This document shows, in pieces, positions 1 to 14,434 of a stretch of DNA of 64,000 nucleotides (position 1 is its first letter; every line of letters starts with the position of its first letter). This DNA is from the human T2T-CHM13v2.0 reference genome, Homo sapiens. The position numbers and the translations under genes were made by a program. The stretch is from assembly GCF_009914755.1 (NCBI RefSeq), contig NC_060932.1. One strand, given 5' to 3'. Under the pieces are notes generated by a model that did no database searches, had not been told where the DNA came from, and worked only from the letters and a program-made list of their open reading frames with translations.

Positions 1-3000
1 TTTAAAATTTATTTTTTAAATGCATTCCAAATGAAAGCAGTAATTCAAAAATAAACAGAATGGACTGATTAGTATCAAACTAACATTGAACTCAATTCAC
101 ATTAAAAACATTTAGGTACAGAAAAGTGTGCCTGCTATATAAAAGTAATAACTTTTAAAGAAGTAGAAAATCACCATTAGCAGAGGTTTAGTTAGTCAAT
201 CTAGTGCAGGATAAAAATGTAGTGCAGGATAAAAAAATAGATTTGTGTAAGTTTACAAATTTCAGAAAATGACCAAATTACTCCACTTATCTCATTAACT
301 TGACCTCTTTCAGGATTTGACCTTCCTAATAGATTTGTTTTATAAGATATGACATTGTGAACAGCTGTGCTATTCTTTCTTGAACTTGACTTTTTTTTTT
401 TCTTAATGATGAAAATAGGCTGAATTTACTAACGCATGTGTATTCTTTGGTAAAAGTGGGGGAAGGGAGGAATCAGAAATGGAAAAATAATGTGAGTTCC
501 TATCTGAGCAAGTCATTTTGAAACTCAGAGAAGACACTCAAGTATTACAAACATTTGTGGCCAGTTAAGAAGTGATATAGAAAGAATTTGAAAATATCAC
601 CATAAAGTTTGTTAATATAAAGAGGTACGATTATTCAAATGGGAAAGCAATCGGGATCAGAATATTTGAATGTTCTGATTTTTAAACTCCCAATCACAGA
701 GTGGATGCCATTATATACCCATTGGAAACTGCAAAATGTTCGGCCTGTTAGTAAGGCCCTTTCCAGGTTTTTACTTTTGAAAAAAAACATAAATCAGGAT
801 TAAGATAGTCAATTTCAAGGGAAAAATTCTCTAAGTTTCTTACAGAACACAAAAACTTGCAGGCATATTGGGAATTTTAATATATCCTAAAAATATCTTT
901 AGATAAATAGATAATATTTAGTATTGCAACTAAATAATATTTAGTTTGATTTAATCTGAATTATGGTTTTATTCAGAATTCTCTCTTAATGGTAAAAGCA
1001 GTACTGAATTTATAAATGAAGTACAAAGGGAGAAAACAAATGTTTAAGTCATGATTTCTACCGCTACTCAATTCAGTATCAAGTTTAATCTTGTAGAGGT
1101 AGTTATGTTTAATTGTTATTATCCTACTTTGGCTCCACAAGGCTTCTTGACTTATAATGCAAGAAAGTACTTCAGACAAGTAATAAATTGTAGCACAGTA
1201 CTAAACGTACATATGAAAGCCATTGTTAATTTCAATTACACTCTTAATACATTAATTATCTGTTTATCTGATGACTGCTTCTGATGGGTCCACCATTTTC
1301 CAACATCTCAAATACACTGTTCTTTTTACAAGAGGTGGAGGCATTTGCCGGGGAAAAATCAGACAACTTTGTTTCCAGTGTCTCTGGGATAATTGTTACC
1401 TTTCTCCTTTTCAACTTTAAAAGAAAGCAGTGTCTATTTTGCTCAGGGCAGCTGTTTAAAGCGCCTGCTGTCAGAATCTTTTCACCCTGAGTAGATTTAG
1501 GATTATTTAAAAATGATTATTGTATCACACTAAGCTTTCTACTGCTGTTAATAAGTGAATATGCAAAAGGCCCATACGCTGCATGATAATTAAGCCCAGG
1601 GATATCCATTCAGACTTACCTTTGTGTGTATGTATATACATAAACATGTATTTTACATAGGTGATTACAAATGGTTTGACTTAATACAAAAGTTAGACAA
1701 ATATTTTACGTAGAATGTAACATCTATTGGTAGTCTGAGATATAATAACAATTATTAAAATACTTGGCCTTATATTTATAGATCTGAAATTCATATTTCA
1801 AAACAAATACATTCTGAAAACTATATTCATTTAAAACAGAGAGACTTCTGGAAGTTGATCCATGCTATTAACTTTATTGTGCTATGCAATATGTTATTGT
1901 AACATAATCCCTGAATATTAGCAAAGAGGTTTTACTTTAATAGTCTAACAGCATCATTCATACCAAATTACTGTAACAACAGCAATATCCTTACATTTTA
2001 TAAAAAGTTACCTTTATCACTTAAGGTTCATAAAATTGATTAAAATCAATATTCAGAAAATATAATTGAGTTCATGGTTTAAATGATTGGAATTCCTTTT
2101 ATTAGAGAAATAGTCATTTTTAACTTGGCAATATTGGTGTGATTCGCCCTTGGAATTACAGTTAAAATGCATTTTGGTCCTAGCCATAAACATTGGTTTC
2201 TTTTAGCTGCCTTCTAAGTTGATTTAGATTTTCCGTAGCAACAAATGCATAGCATTCTCTGCCCCTCTATTTCTTTGAATGCTTATAACCTGTCGAAATG
2301 TTCTTGGCTTTTAAAGGTAGCAGACAGGAAAGGAATAAACTTATAACCCAAATGCCTGATATTTAATCAATAAGGAAGAGTTTTATCCTTTAGGGATTTA
2401 CTACCTTACTTATAAACTCTGCCTCCTCTTCTCTCTTAGGAAAAGAGTCTGCTTCCCACAAAATCCAAAACCTTTCATCACTATAACACATCGAAGAACC
2501 TAAGAAATGTGCTCTTATTTACTTATTTATTATAAATTATTGATCTATTAACAGCATTTAATACAAGTGCTAATCAGTTTCTATTAAACAAAGATGACAA
2601 GGCCTCCGAGTTTATACTTATGTTTCTACTTCTAAAGCTTCTCAGTGGTTTATATTCAAAATAGTTATTATATTCTCCATCAATCAATTTATTGACCTAT
2701 CTATCTAGCTAGCTACTGAAGTTCTCACAGTAATAGAAGATCTACTTTCCTGGATGTCAATCGCATTTCTGGAAAGAGGCAAACTTAATCAGAGTAATGT
2801 TGATGAATAAGGTGGCAGAACAACCTTGGTAGCACCCAAGGGTGATAATGAAATACATAACCATTAATATGGCATGAGTGACTGATCGAAATCAGAACCA
2901 GTGCTGGCTGCAGTGAAGGAAGAGGATTCTAAAGACTCCCCATGAGGCACATGCTATCCCTTTACTGCTGGATGGCAGCAGTTCCCACGAGGTCCTCAGG

Positions 3001-3500
3001 GAAGAGGTGGGGTACTCGGGGCTGGCAGGATCCATAGGGGACTCACGGTGGGCTGGTTCATGGGAATTGAAGTGATCTGACTGGGTTCAATTGATTCCCT
3101 GTAGTGTCACTTTAAGTAAAAATCAGATGTAACTAACAAAGCACTGGTGTGATCTCAGGGCTTAGAAACTAGTGCTGATCATTATTCTAGAGAGTTACTA
3201 CAATGTTCTTTCCAAAGTCAGCAAAACCAGAATAAATTAGCAGCTTCCTCAGGTGGTGGTTTTGAAAATCTACACTCACTTGATATAAGTTCTGGTATGT
3301 TTATTTATAAACGTCTTATTACTTTAAATTATCGCCTCATGGAAGAAAAGTCCAGTGCCTTTGAAGTGTTTATAATTTTGAGGGGAAGTAAGGTAAATAT
3401 ACATGAAGCAATTAAGAGAACGATGCAAGAAAGCAGACATGTCTCGATACTAGGATTTTTTTTGATTCTTATACTTCTAAATGCTACAACAAATGAGAAA

Positions 3501-3501
<1 letters not shown>

Positions 3502-3541
<40 letters not shown>
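3502..3541. repeat. (CA)20 microsatellite
   Basis: Uninterrupted CA run. Confidence 0.97.
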
Positions 3542-3542
<1 letters not shown>

Positions 3543-3609
3543 TCAGCTAAGGAGCCCATGCAAATAGGTGGTGAGACTCAAATAAGCCTTTAATCATTAC
3601 TCATAACTC

Positions 3610-4010
3610 TATCTTTTATTTTTCTTCAGTTGTGTGTGGCAGAAAATACAACTCACATTGTATGACTATGAAGGAAATCTTCTGACTCATGCAACTGAAA
3701 ATCTGGGAAAAACTCTGACTTTAGGCATATTTTGGCCGGGATTCAAGTGATACCCTGAGAGCACCATTTTTCTTCCTCTGGAGTATGCTTCCTCTACACA
3801 GACCCCAGTCTCAGTCAGACAGGCCCGGATGGTAAAATGGCCACATATCTAGTATTTTATGCTCTTTTAAACAAGTCACGTGGAAAATACTAAGTGCACT
3901 TTCTTGAGAGGTCAAACCAATGTCCTCAAATAGGGTCTTGTTGGGCAAACTTGGGTCATGTCCCTGCCCCACCATGGCCAGGTGAATAGAATTCCCACAC
4001 TGGCTCTGGT
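3610..4010. mobile_element. Old MaLR LTR, MLT1J/K/L-like (solo, degenerate)
   Basis: Segments agaaaatacaactcaca, tgactcatgcaactgaaaatctggg, ctttaggcat and cttgggtcatgtccctgcccaccatggccagg resemble the MLT1J-L consensus. Boundaries approximate. Confidence 0.6.
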
Positions 4011-4013
4011 GTA

Positions 4014-4280
4014 CAGCAGTTTCTAAAACTTATTATTATTGTTTTAGAGACAGGAGTCTTCTGTGCTGCCCAGGCTAGCCTTGAACTCCTGGTCTCAAGA
4101 GATCCTCCTGCCTCAGCTTCCTGAGTAGCTGGACTATGGGCGTGTACCACTGCACTTGGCTAAGTTTCTCAAACTCTCATCTGTGTTACAAATTACCCTG
4201 GGATCTTGTCAAAATGCAGATTTTTATTTATTGATCTGGGATAGGATCTCAGATCTGGCATGTCTAGTAAGCTCCCAGTT
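4014..4280. mobile_element. MER5A-like hAT-Charlie DNA transposon fragment, interrupted by the FLAM
   Basis: cagcagtttctcaaact...gatcttgtcaaaatgcagatt...gcatgtctagtaagctcccag matches the MER5A pattern. Confidence 0.6.
4031..4160 (-). mobile_element. Free left Alu monomer (FLAM) with target-site duplication
   Basis: Sequence gagacaggagtctt...gcccaggctagccttgaactcctggtctcaagagatcctcctgcctcagcttcctgagtagctgg. Flanked by agtttct(a/c)aaact at 4018-4030 and 4163-4175. Confidence 0.88.
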
Positions 4281-5717
4281 TGAGTAACAAGAATGTAAGG
4301 CACACAATTTGGCTTTGAATCTAGGGCAAAATCAGCTTCACCTGAACTAGATGAACTAAAAATGAAGGGGTGTAGATTCTTAAGACAAAATAAAGGAATG
4401 GTACCAGAAGTAAAGCAGTAAAAAATAAAAAAAAATCAATACATTTCATAGATACAGACGTATACATATTTCTTTTCAGTCTTCTACAAGTTATCTGTCC
4501 AAAAGAGGAGTCTTTTATAAGTAGAGCATTGGATAGTACTGCTGACCACATTTGAGTAGTCCATCCGTGCCATCTAGTATTTACTTTGGTTTGAATAATC
4601 CTTGAAAGAGTCCATCATTATCTACACTTCTCATGTAACTGTTTTGACAAAATCAATCCAGGACATTTTCTTTTAGTTTTTTACAAAAGCCACACTATGA
4701 GGAAGTAGTATAATGGTCACTATACTGCTGAAGAGTCTGTTTAGAAGAACTTGGCAAACCTTTAATGGGCACAAAAAGCAGGGATACCCCCATGATGGGT
4801 GCCATGGTCCACTATTTGAGATGCCATCACTGCCATTTCCTTAGTTCACAATGAGCATACAGGATACGCTGGAAGGTTCACAATAAAAGCCCTTGTGGCC
4901 AGCTCATAGGAGAATCCTCCTGAAAGTTTATCTGTACTTGAAAGGCCACTAGAGCTCTTCAGTTGTCACAATGATGACAAAGGTAGCATTGGATTCTTTT
5001 CTGAATGCATGTATTTACTATCCTGGGTCAAATATCAAAAAGTATTTAATAGGCTAATAATTGTTCCCATTGGCACATACGTCAAAAAATAAATAATTGA
5101 CAAAAGTGTCATCCTTGTCTTCTAGAAAGGCTGAATGTCTACACGAACAAGAAGGAAGTTTTTGCCATCTTTTATATGAAGTAGCTAAATAGGATTGGGG
5201 GGGCAGGGGAAAGGTACCATTTCCAGTACTATGTCTAGCCCTATCTCATATTTATTGTAAATATTAAATTTACTATTAATGTCAACTCTTGCTGTCTTCA
5301 CATCCTTAAGGAGTTGGTGTACTCCTGTTTTGGTTTGTCTGGGATACAGGTCGGAGTCATAGAGATCGTGAGACTACTTTCTATATTCTTTCTCCAGAAA
5401 AGAAAAGCCAGGAGTTTTATTTTCCTCTATAAACCAAAGGCATCTTATAATCTAGCAAGCGAATCTCATATGTGTTTTATGAGGTTATTAAGGCTAAAAT
5501 ACCAAAACATGGCATTTTTTTTCTACATTTAAATGAAAGCAAGTCAATACCATCAACACATACACAAGAGTCAAATTTAAAAAAATAGGAAACTGCAAGG
5601 TTCACTTACTCCCTAAAGCATGTAAACCTAGTACCATATAGTTTTATAGGCACAGGACTGCATAAGCATCAAGGCCATGGCACACTAAATGAGACAACCC
5701 TGTGATATTTACCTGTA

Positions 5718-5960
5718 ATTCATGTATTCTTTCATTCATTTTAAATGCCATTCATTGAGTATCTGCCCTGGGCCCAGCACCATGTTGGATGCTCTACCTG
5801 TAAAAAGCATAACTAGGCACACAATGGTAAAAGACATGACCCAAGGTCTCAAGTTGCTCAGCAATTATCAGGGAAGCCACATAAGCAAAGACCTGATAGG
5901 TGCTCTAATAAAGTCATTTTCTAGGTTCTGCTTCAGAGGAAAATAAAAGAAGAGCAACTG
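5718..5960 (-). mobile_element. L2 LINE 3' fragment
   Basis: ttcattcatt...cattgagtatctgccctgggcccagcaccatgttggatgct is the reverse of the L2 3' end. Confidence 0.6.
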
Positions 5961-8900
5961 GTCAATCATGATGAAGGGTCATGAATATGAAGCACATAGA
6001 ATGCCTCTACCTCTGCCAGTCACATGGTTGGTGTTCAGTAACCTAGTTTCCTCCTTCTTTCTTTATATATTTAGATACAGGGAGGGGGAAATCAGAGAGC
6101 ATAAACAACAAATGATCTCTAATATCTCTTCTAGATCTAGGATTTAAAGAATAATTCATCTTTCTCCAGATGGTCTATAGTAACCTCATCGGCTTTGAGA
6201 TTTACATTTTCTGCCTCCCTCCCTCTCCCTGCCCCTCCTGCCTTCCTTCTCCCTCTCCCTCCCTTGTTCCATTCCCCTTTTCTGCTTTGTTTCATTCTTT
6301 TTCCATTTATCATTTACAGACTGCCTAAGTTCCAGTCACTATACACTGAAATTCTAAGGAAAATTGTAAATTCACAGTAAAGCAAGCATTAGATTTATTC
6401 CTTTTGCTAGGCTGCGAAAATAAAGCACCTGAGGATCATAGATGACGAGGACCTTGCTGGCTTCAGTCATGCATTTTTCTATAAACCAGTGTGGAGTCTA
6501 CTCACCTGTTCTATCCCTGGGACATGGGGTAGTGGCGGTAATTCTTACAAGATAGTGATTTGCTGTGATTTTCACTTCCTGGCATAGCACAGTGAGAAGT
6601 GCAGTGGGGCTGGGAGTTTAGAGATCCACACTCTAGTGTGGTCCTACCTGGGACTATTTTTTGACTAGAACAAGCTAATTGATTCTTTCTTTCATTTATT
6701 TACACCTGCTTTAGAAAAGGGGCGGTATGATCTCTGCACTGTCGTTTACAGTGATGCTAAAAGGATAACAGTTAGAGCTTGTGAAACTGACATGGAAGTA
6801 AAAATCATGTTACAAAGTCAAGGGATTTAAAAGAGGATTACATGGACAGACATTGAGCTAGTGGACATGGCAGAGACAAATAAAGCAAAGTCATTATGAA
6901 GTCATTAGTTTTTCAACCAGGCTGTAAGTTATTTTCCATACTATCCTCTAGGACAAATGTGGTTAACTATGTAATGTTCTTCAGGTTTTTACAAAGTTTA
7001 TTTTTAAAGTAAATCACTGGTAAAACTAAAATTTATTTTAATAGTGAAAAAGTTACATTTAAAGAGCACAGTTTTTCCTCATTAGCCACAGGGGACATTT
7101 TGTACCCTGTTTACATTATTATTAGCACTTTGCAGCTAACAAGCAACTTTTAAATACTGTTCTGGAACAGCTGTAAAACTAAACCTTCCAGCCGTTTGTC
7201 CCTTCTGCTGAATATCCAGAAATGCAGTGTTATGACATGCAAGAACATCACCCTAACTTCCTTTAAACCGAGAAAGCTCAGGATGGTAGAAAATGAATTG
7301 AATCAACAAGAATCCTCTCCTTTACTGTATACAGTGTCTCACTCTCTGATTAGAGCCCATGGCACATTGCAGAGACAGCAACAGCTGTTTTCTGTCTTTT
7401 CATTCCCTTCTTCTATTAATGTTATTTCAATTGTGTTATGGGCTGCACTTTAGATCTAAAAAGAAACATTGAGTTTTATTTGAATGTTTAAATGATTAAT
7501 GGCCCTCTAGTGCAGTTGTCCTCTCATAATTGCCACAGAGTTTGCTGCAATTTAGTTTAAAAATCCAGACCTCTGTGTACTACGGAAAGCAAACGCTAGC
7601 TTGGGAACTGGTCACAATGATGAAAATTCATTTTTTAAAATGCATTTATTTCCTAGTCATCTATGTGGGCGATTTCTTAAATTTTTACGTACACCAAGTC
7701 CAAGAAAAGTCTGAAAAACTTATTCTGGAAGAACCAAGGTATTGCCACATCATTCGGGAGTTAATGGCTAGGTGCATGCCTGAGAAGTAGAAAATGTAAG
7801 GAGAGAGAGGCTCACGCCAATAGGAAGACCGACTGGCTGAGACAAGCCTCCCTGTTCTTCAAAGGGAATTCTTGCATTTCATCTGAGAGCAGCACACAGC
7901 TGTACACTGAATGGGAAGGAAGTAGTTATGTGCTCCTCTCATGTCATCAGGAAAAGGTGCCTGTAAGTTGTAACAGGACCATGTGGGTCTTACATTCTTC
8001 TTTTTGATACAGCTAATATCCTCATGTCCCAGTGAAAGGACAGCAGCCTCTGTAAAATATCTAACTCCTAAAAATATAGATGTTTACATTTCTATAATGG
8101 AAAATGTCCTGGTGTTTCCTTGCCAAGGTTTCAGCAATAAGTCTTATAATAAGTTTGTGTTGCTCTCCTTTCTTTTTATAAAATACAAAATACATTACAG
8201 AATAAAGATTCAAAGGCATTTGCAGAGTATATACAGTAAGACATGAAGAATGGGAAGCAGGATGAAAACTGACATTATCAAACCACAATGCCTGAAAGTT
8301 ACCTAGATAGTACTGTCATTTTGTTGCGTTTTTCTTTTGAAGTCTGCTGGCTAAAATGTTTTCCGACTTTTGGCCAATTTTGGGCCACACTGAATGTTAA
8401 ATAAACTATTATTTAATCAAATACAGGCATATTAGTCTCACTCCTGCTGACAACTTCAATTAGAATATTTTTGCTTTGTTAAAAAAAAACCTCATGATCT
8501 TTAAACTGTTAAGGCCTCTGAACAACATCTGGTAACAATTTTTGATATATCCAACCATCAAACTTCTATCTCCATGAAGTGGTTTATTCAAGATTTGTTT
8601 TAATTAGGCCGCCTTTCTAACTTCACATAGCTTTCAAAAGGCAGAATCACTCAGATGTTTTAAGTTGTAAATACACCGAAAGGTTCAGAGGCTGTAATTA
8701 GAGCTTCACTAAGGTGGACTATTTATGTTTATTAGCCAGATAACTAGGTTAATTCAGTTGCCTCTTAAACAAGGACAATAAACTATTTCTAGTTTTAGCA
8801 CATGGGTTTTTAATTTTATAAAACTTACGGCGCTCTTAACACCTTACTCTACTCACATCAAAAACAGTTTTGGTGCATCCTTTCCATAGGAGCTCACATA

Positions 8901-9356
8901 TGAAATACATATTTCTGTACTTGGCTAGGCTCAGTTCAGTTCTGAAAGTTTTCCATTTAAATTTAATCTAGAGAAGACAAGATCGGGAAGAGTAGCATAT
9001 ACTTGAACAATGAGTATAAAATTAAATCTTTTTGTAGATTCCTTTTCCTAAAGTGTCTCCCTTCCGTCAACCACAGCATTCTGTAAGATGCTGTTTTAGT
9101 AAGAAATCATGCTTAGTTTAGGTGTTCATTTTGTAATATATTTGCCTCTACATAAACCTTTGGGAGTATAAAAATCTCCACTCATTTATTTGCATCGCAG
9201 GCACAGATTAAAGGCAAAAAGTAATGTGGAAACTTAAACTATTTATTTTATGAGGTAACTATTTTAGAATCCACTGGGAAAATAATGAAAAATGGCCTCA
9301 TTATCCCTCTTTTTTGGTGAACCAGACTTTATTCTACCATGATAGGTCTCCCAATT

Positions 9357-9425
<69 letters not shown>
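9357..9425. repeat. Compound (GA)n(GT)n microsatellite
   Basis: A GA run directly followed by a GT run. Confidence 0.97.
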
Positions 9426-9428
<3 letters not shown>

Positions 9429-10045
9429 GTTGGAGGTGGGATGGTAGCCTCTGGCTTTTCTCCACAAGTTTTTGATGTTATTCCCTTTGAAGCACCAGCA
9501 TAACTTTATAGTTTTTTATTATTACAAAACTTCTTCACAAATACAGGGGTTTCTCACCATGGTTCACAAAGCTTAAGAATGTTGGATCCCTGATACTTTA
9601 GCTTTTCTGGGTAAAACTGAGTAAAAATTATTGTTGTAAAGTTCATTATTTAGTCTACATGATGTAGTGCATGTAGATATTTAGGAGTCCTTGGAGAATG
9701 GACTTTGAATGTCATATATAGATTCGCTGGTATTATAGAAACAGCCAACTTCTCTAAGTACATGACACAGTGTGGGCCACAACAAACACTTTTACCCACT
9801 GATTTTCTGAAGGAAAAAATACATTTAATTTTCTATTTTTGCTTGCAGGAATATGGAAGAAAGGTAAGCATGAATTGTCACCTAAAATTGGAAACTGCAG
9901 TGAGGTTGATACTACTTTGGAAAATTCTCTAATTCTGTCTATGGCAATAAATAGGGGCTGCACTAATACATATATAATGTACATACATACTTTCTTCTTG
10001 CTGGCGAACAGAGGTCCATATCTGGGTAGCAAGCATCCAAGTATG

Positions 10046-10090
<45 letters not shown>

Positions 10091-10105
10091 TGTGCATGTG
10101 TGTGT
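10046..10105. repeat. Interrupted (TG)n microsatellite
   Basis: Seen directly in the sequence. Confidence 0.95.
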
Positions 10106-10160
10106 TTGGGGGAAGGAAGGGGTTACACAGCATAGTGCAAAATGAGAATTTAAGTTATCA

Positions 10161-10834
<674 letters not shown>

Positions 10835-11064
10835 TTATAATGTCTCATATTACTAGGTTCATTTTCTCACATGGCAAGACATAGCTGAGGTGCCTGTGAC
10901 TGCCTCCTTTAGAAGGTGTATTCCTCACTCCACAAACCTCTTGGCCTTGACATTTGCACAATCTGCTCGGTTCTCATCAGCATTAATTTTGCTAAAATAA
11001 CCTTCAAGTCCTTTGATATTAATTATCCTAAGCCTTTCTGTCTTTACTGCCTTGGTAGTCTGGA

Positions 11065-11277
11065 GGTAGTGGAGCCTGCTGGTCTGGGTTCAAATCCTGC
11101 CTATGACACTAACTAGCCATGTGACCTTGGGCAGGTTGATTAGACTCTCCTCAATGCAATGTCTTCATCTGTATAAGCATATAATAATGACATCCACCTA
11201 GCAGGCTGGGGTGAGGACTAAAGGAATTAATTCAGTGATTGGATAACATTAAGTACTCAATAAATATTGGTTATGAT
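11065..11277 (+). mobile_element. MIR SINE
   Basis: ctgggttcaaatcctg...ctagccatgtgaccttgggcagg...tcatctgta...gtgaggactaaa...aagtactcaataaatatt. Confidence 0.85.
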
Positions 11278-11674
11278 AGTTCCATTTCAGAAATCCATCC
11301 TTTCCTCAAACTCAAACTCAGCAATCCCACACCTCCTGTGACTGGCTGACACCAACATTTGGATGAGCATATAAAATGTATCTCAGTGTCTAATATATCT
11401 ATAAACAAATACTTCAACTTGAGTATTTTGTCACCTTTCTAAAAACATAGATTTACAATGTATTCAATATAGATCTAAAATGAAGATCTCACCTCTCCCC
11501 AAACATTTAAAGATCCCCATTATTTAGAGAAAAGCAACCTAGGGCTCTCACTCCTTCGCCATGTAGTTTATCATTAGCATCTTATCTTCCACTAAGGTCC
11601 CCCATCCTTACCCCTTTGATCCCTCTACATGGGATCACATGCCAGCTACAAAGACTGTGTACTTGCCAGTTTTT

Positions 11675-11882
11675 ATAAGGAATGTGATTTCTTACCATCA
11701 TGTCTGGTGTCCAACATGGTACATACAATAGAACAGGTGCTCTGATAAGGAATGTGATTTCTTACCATCATGTCTGGTGTCCAACATGGTACATACAATA
11801 GAACAGGTGCTCTGATAAGGAATGTGATTTCTTACCATCATGTCTGGTGTCCAACATGGTACATACAATAGAACAGGTGCTC
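11675..11882. repeat. Perfect tandem array, 70-bp period x3 (68-bp unit plus TG junction), inside an L2 3' end
   Basis: Unit ataaggaatgtgatttcttaccatcatgtctggtgtccaacatggtacatacaatagaacaggtgctc starts at 11675, 11745 and 11815. It is followed by the L2-like tail aatacattttcgttaaataaataaatgaa. Confidence 0.97.
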
Positions 11883-12074
11883 AATACATTTTCGTTAAAT
11901 AAATAAATGAAGAGTGAATCCAACTGATGTACGTTCTTCCTATCCATCTTTTTAGGTCCAGGTCAAAGTACTTCTTTTAGCTCCTCAAGATATCTCTGTC
12001 TGTCTTCAATCTGTTCATTTCATTTTATTGGTAGTTCTAACATTTTCAAAGTATACCTTTTTCTACAATGTTTA

Positions 12075-12750
12075 TAAACTTGACTATATCTCCCACTAAC
12101 CTATGAGCTTCTAGAGGGCAAAGAGCACCCTTTTTTGGGGGAGTCTCCCCAGTATGTCTTTCAAATCATCAGTCCTCAATTAATAAAATGAATTGTGTCT
12201 CATCATCTCAAAACTCAACAATTTTTTTAAATGGTATTTTCCAACAAAGATGATTTTCTTCCCCTTTTCATCATTCAGTGTGACTCCACCATCCTGAAAT
12301 TGGCACCAACTTCCTCCACCATATCCAATTAGTCACCAAGTCCTGTAGATTGTTTCTAGTATTGAGGTTTTCCTTCTATGAGGGGATAGCTCCTTGCACT
12401 TGTGTCTTTGTTTTCCAATCCACCAATGATATCATTTCTAGGTTAAATTTCTGAAGACAATCTTAATTATATCATGTCTTCGTTTATAACTTTCATCTTT
12501 TCACAACTCAGTGGATAAATTCCAAAATCCTTTGTGCCACATTCATAAGGCTCTTCATAACCTAGATTCCTCAATTACCCATCACCCTTCTCTGAACCCT
12601 CCCAGTCAAACTAGTTTATTCTAAGTTCCCTCAAACAGACCTCATACACTCCCAGCTCAGTGCACTTCATACATTCTTCTCTCCCCTCCTCTCAACTGTC
12701 AGAAACCTGTGTAAACTTCACAGCTCAGCTCAAGACTCCACGTTCCATGA
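12075..12750 (+). mobile_element. L2 LINE fragments
   Basis: ctatgagcttctagagggca; atatccaattagtcaccaagtcctgtagattg; ggataaattccaaaatcctt...cattcataaggctcttcataacct. Confidence 0.65.
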
Positions 12751-14434
12751 AACTTTATATGCTACAATTTTGTTTCCAGGGCTTCTTCTTAAGAAGCTTC
12801 AGGCAACTTGCTTTATGTCTACTATGCTTTCCAAGCCTACCTCGTCAGCTAAACCTTTTATGCTGTCTTCCTACTTATCATTTTCTGCAACATCCCCAAA
12901 ACCTTTCTTTAGTGAGTTCTGTTGAAGAATTTCACTATTCTTACCATACATCTTGAGTTACATTCCTTTTTAAGTTGGTCCAGAGATGTTAAAACTAAAT
13001 TATACCCCAATTCCTCTTTCACTTGAGGAAACAAAAGAGTCAATGAGGTAAAACAAGTGTTTGTTACTGTATGAGATCGCAAATTCGGAGAGGCAGGAAA
13101 CTATGACTCTTAATTGCCTAAAAAAACTTTGTTCACTAACAAAATGAGAAGAATTAAATGACTCAATATATAAATTTAAGAAAAACAGGCACACTAACTT
13201 GAAGACAATTTTCTTTCATTTTCTTTCAAGACATGGCTTTAATAAAAGGCTAAAATCGCAGAAGGTGAGATAGAGTAGGCAACGAAAAATTACTAAGGTA
13301 ATACCTTATTGTTGTACTGTCACAGCAATGTAAAAAAACTTACCTATAAATATCAATGCATAAGGGTTTTAACATAAAATGTAACACGCCCGTCAAAATT
13401 TCTGCAGGACACATTTATAGAAGTATACTTAAATATATGATGAATATATTTATTATGAAGTTTTTTTCCCAGTAAATTCAATTCTTTCCTGTATAACTCT
13501 TTTTTCCCCCTTTCGAACACTGATCACTTTTTAAGTCTGAGTTTGGATAAAAGGACTGTGAAATGCACCATTTTGGCTTGCACACATTTAGATTTCATGA
13601 TAAGGCAGGTACGGCTATATGGACTGCTGTTTGTTTTGACTTTGCAAAGTGTTTCTTTGTAGAGTTCATTCAAAATGTAAGGATGTTTCCAGCAGAAACA
13701 TTTAAAACACTCAGATAAGTGTTTTCAAGCTTTTTGAAACATCATCTACATAAAAAGGAATGTGCTGTGTATGTATTACTTCTATTTATTACTCTTCGCT
13801 TCCACCATCAAAAAAATATTTTTTTTTCCTGTCAGACAAAAAAAAAAAAAACAACCCAAAAACTGTTTCTTCCCCTGATCTCACACTTTTCACCTGCACC
13901 AGCTGCTTCCAATTACCTGCTTCCACCTGCAGGACCTTGTCTAGTATTGAGATTGGTTCCTGTTTCAAAACAACCACCAAAAGTGACCTGGGCCTGAGGC
14001 AGAAGGCTGCTTCAGTTAGGAGCAAGAATCTTGCATCAATTTAGTTTCCTGCTTGTTGTTCCTCTAAAATTCTTAGTTCTCCACTCTTGGCCTGGTTTCT
14101 GATCACTTGTATTTTTCCATCCCTGATAGGCACATCTTCCTGATTACAGTCTACCATGCATTCTCGCTCTATCCATGGCTATTCTAGAATCCTCGAATGT
14201 TAGAGCTAAAGAATTTATAGATAACAATCATGAACCCAGAAAAGTTATGGGGATTACAAAATCTGACAGACTGACTTATACACTGGGCATTATTCAATTG
14301 GAGTCACCAATTCAGACTTCCTTTCTGCTCTATTCTGACGTCTTTTTATGTTTCTAGTTGAGTCTCCTTAGCAGTTTTCAGTGCTTAGCCTTGTTCTAAT
14401 ATGATGATATTTGGGATGACACATTTCCTGGTCT

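Noticed and set aside
2416-2590. Strong plus-strand acceptor (ctcctcttctctcttag at about 2439) followed by ATTAAA
   Set aside because: All three frames close within about 32 codons and no upstream partner exon is evident. It is indistinguishable from a pseudo-acceptor.
11675-11882. Regularly spaced identical repeats resembling a CRISPR array
   Set aside because: There are no unique spacers (the linker is a constant TG), no cas genes, and the context is eukaryotic and Alu-rich. It is a tandem repeat.
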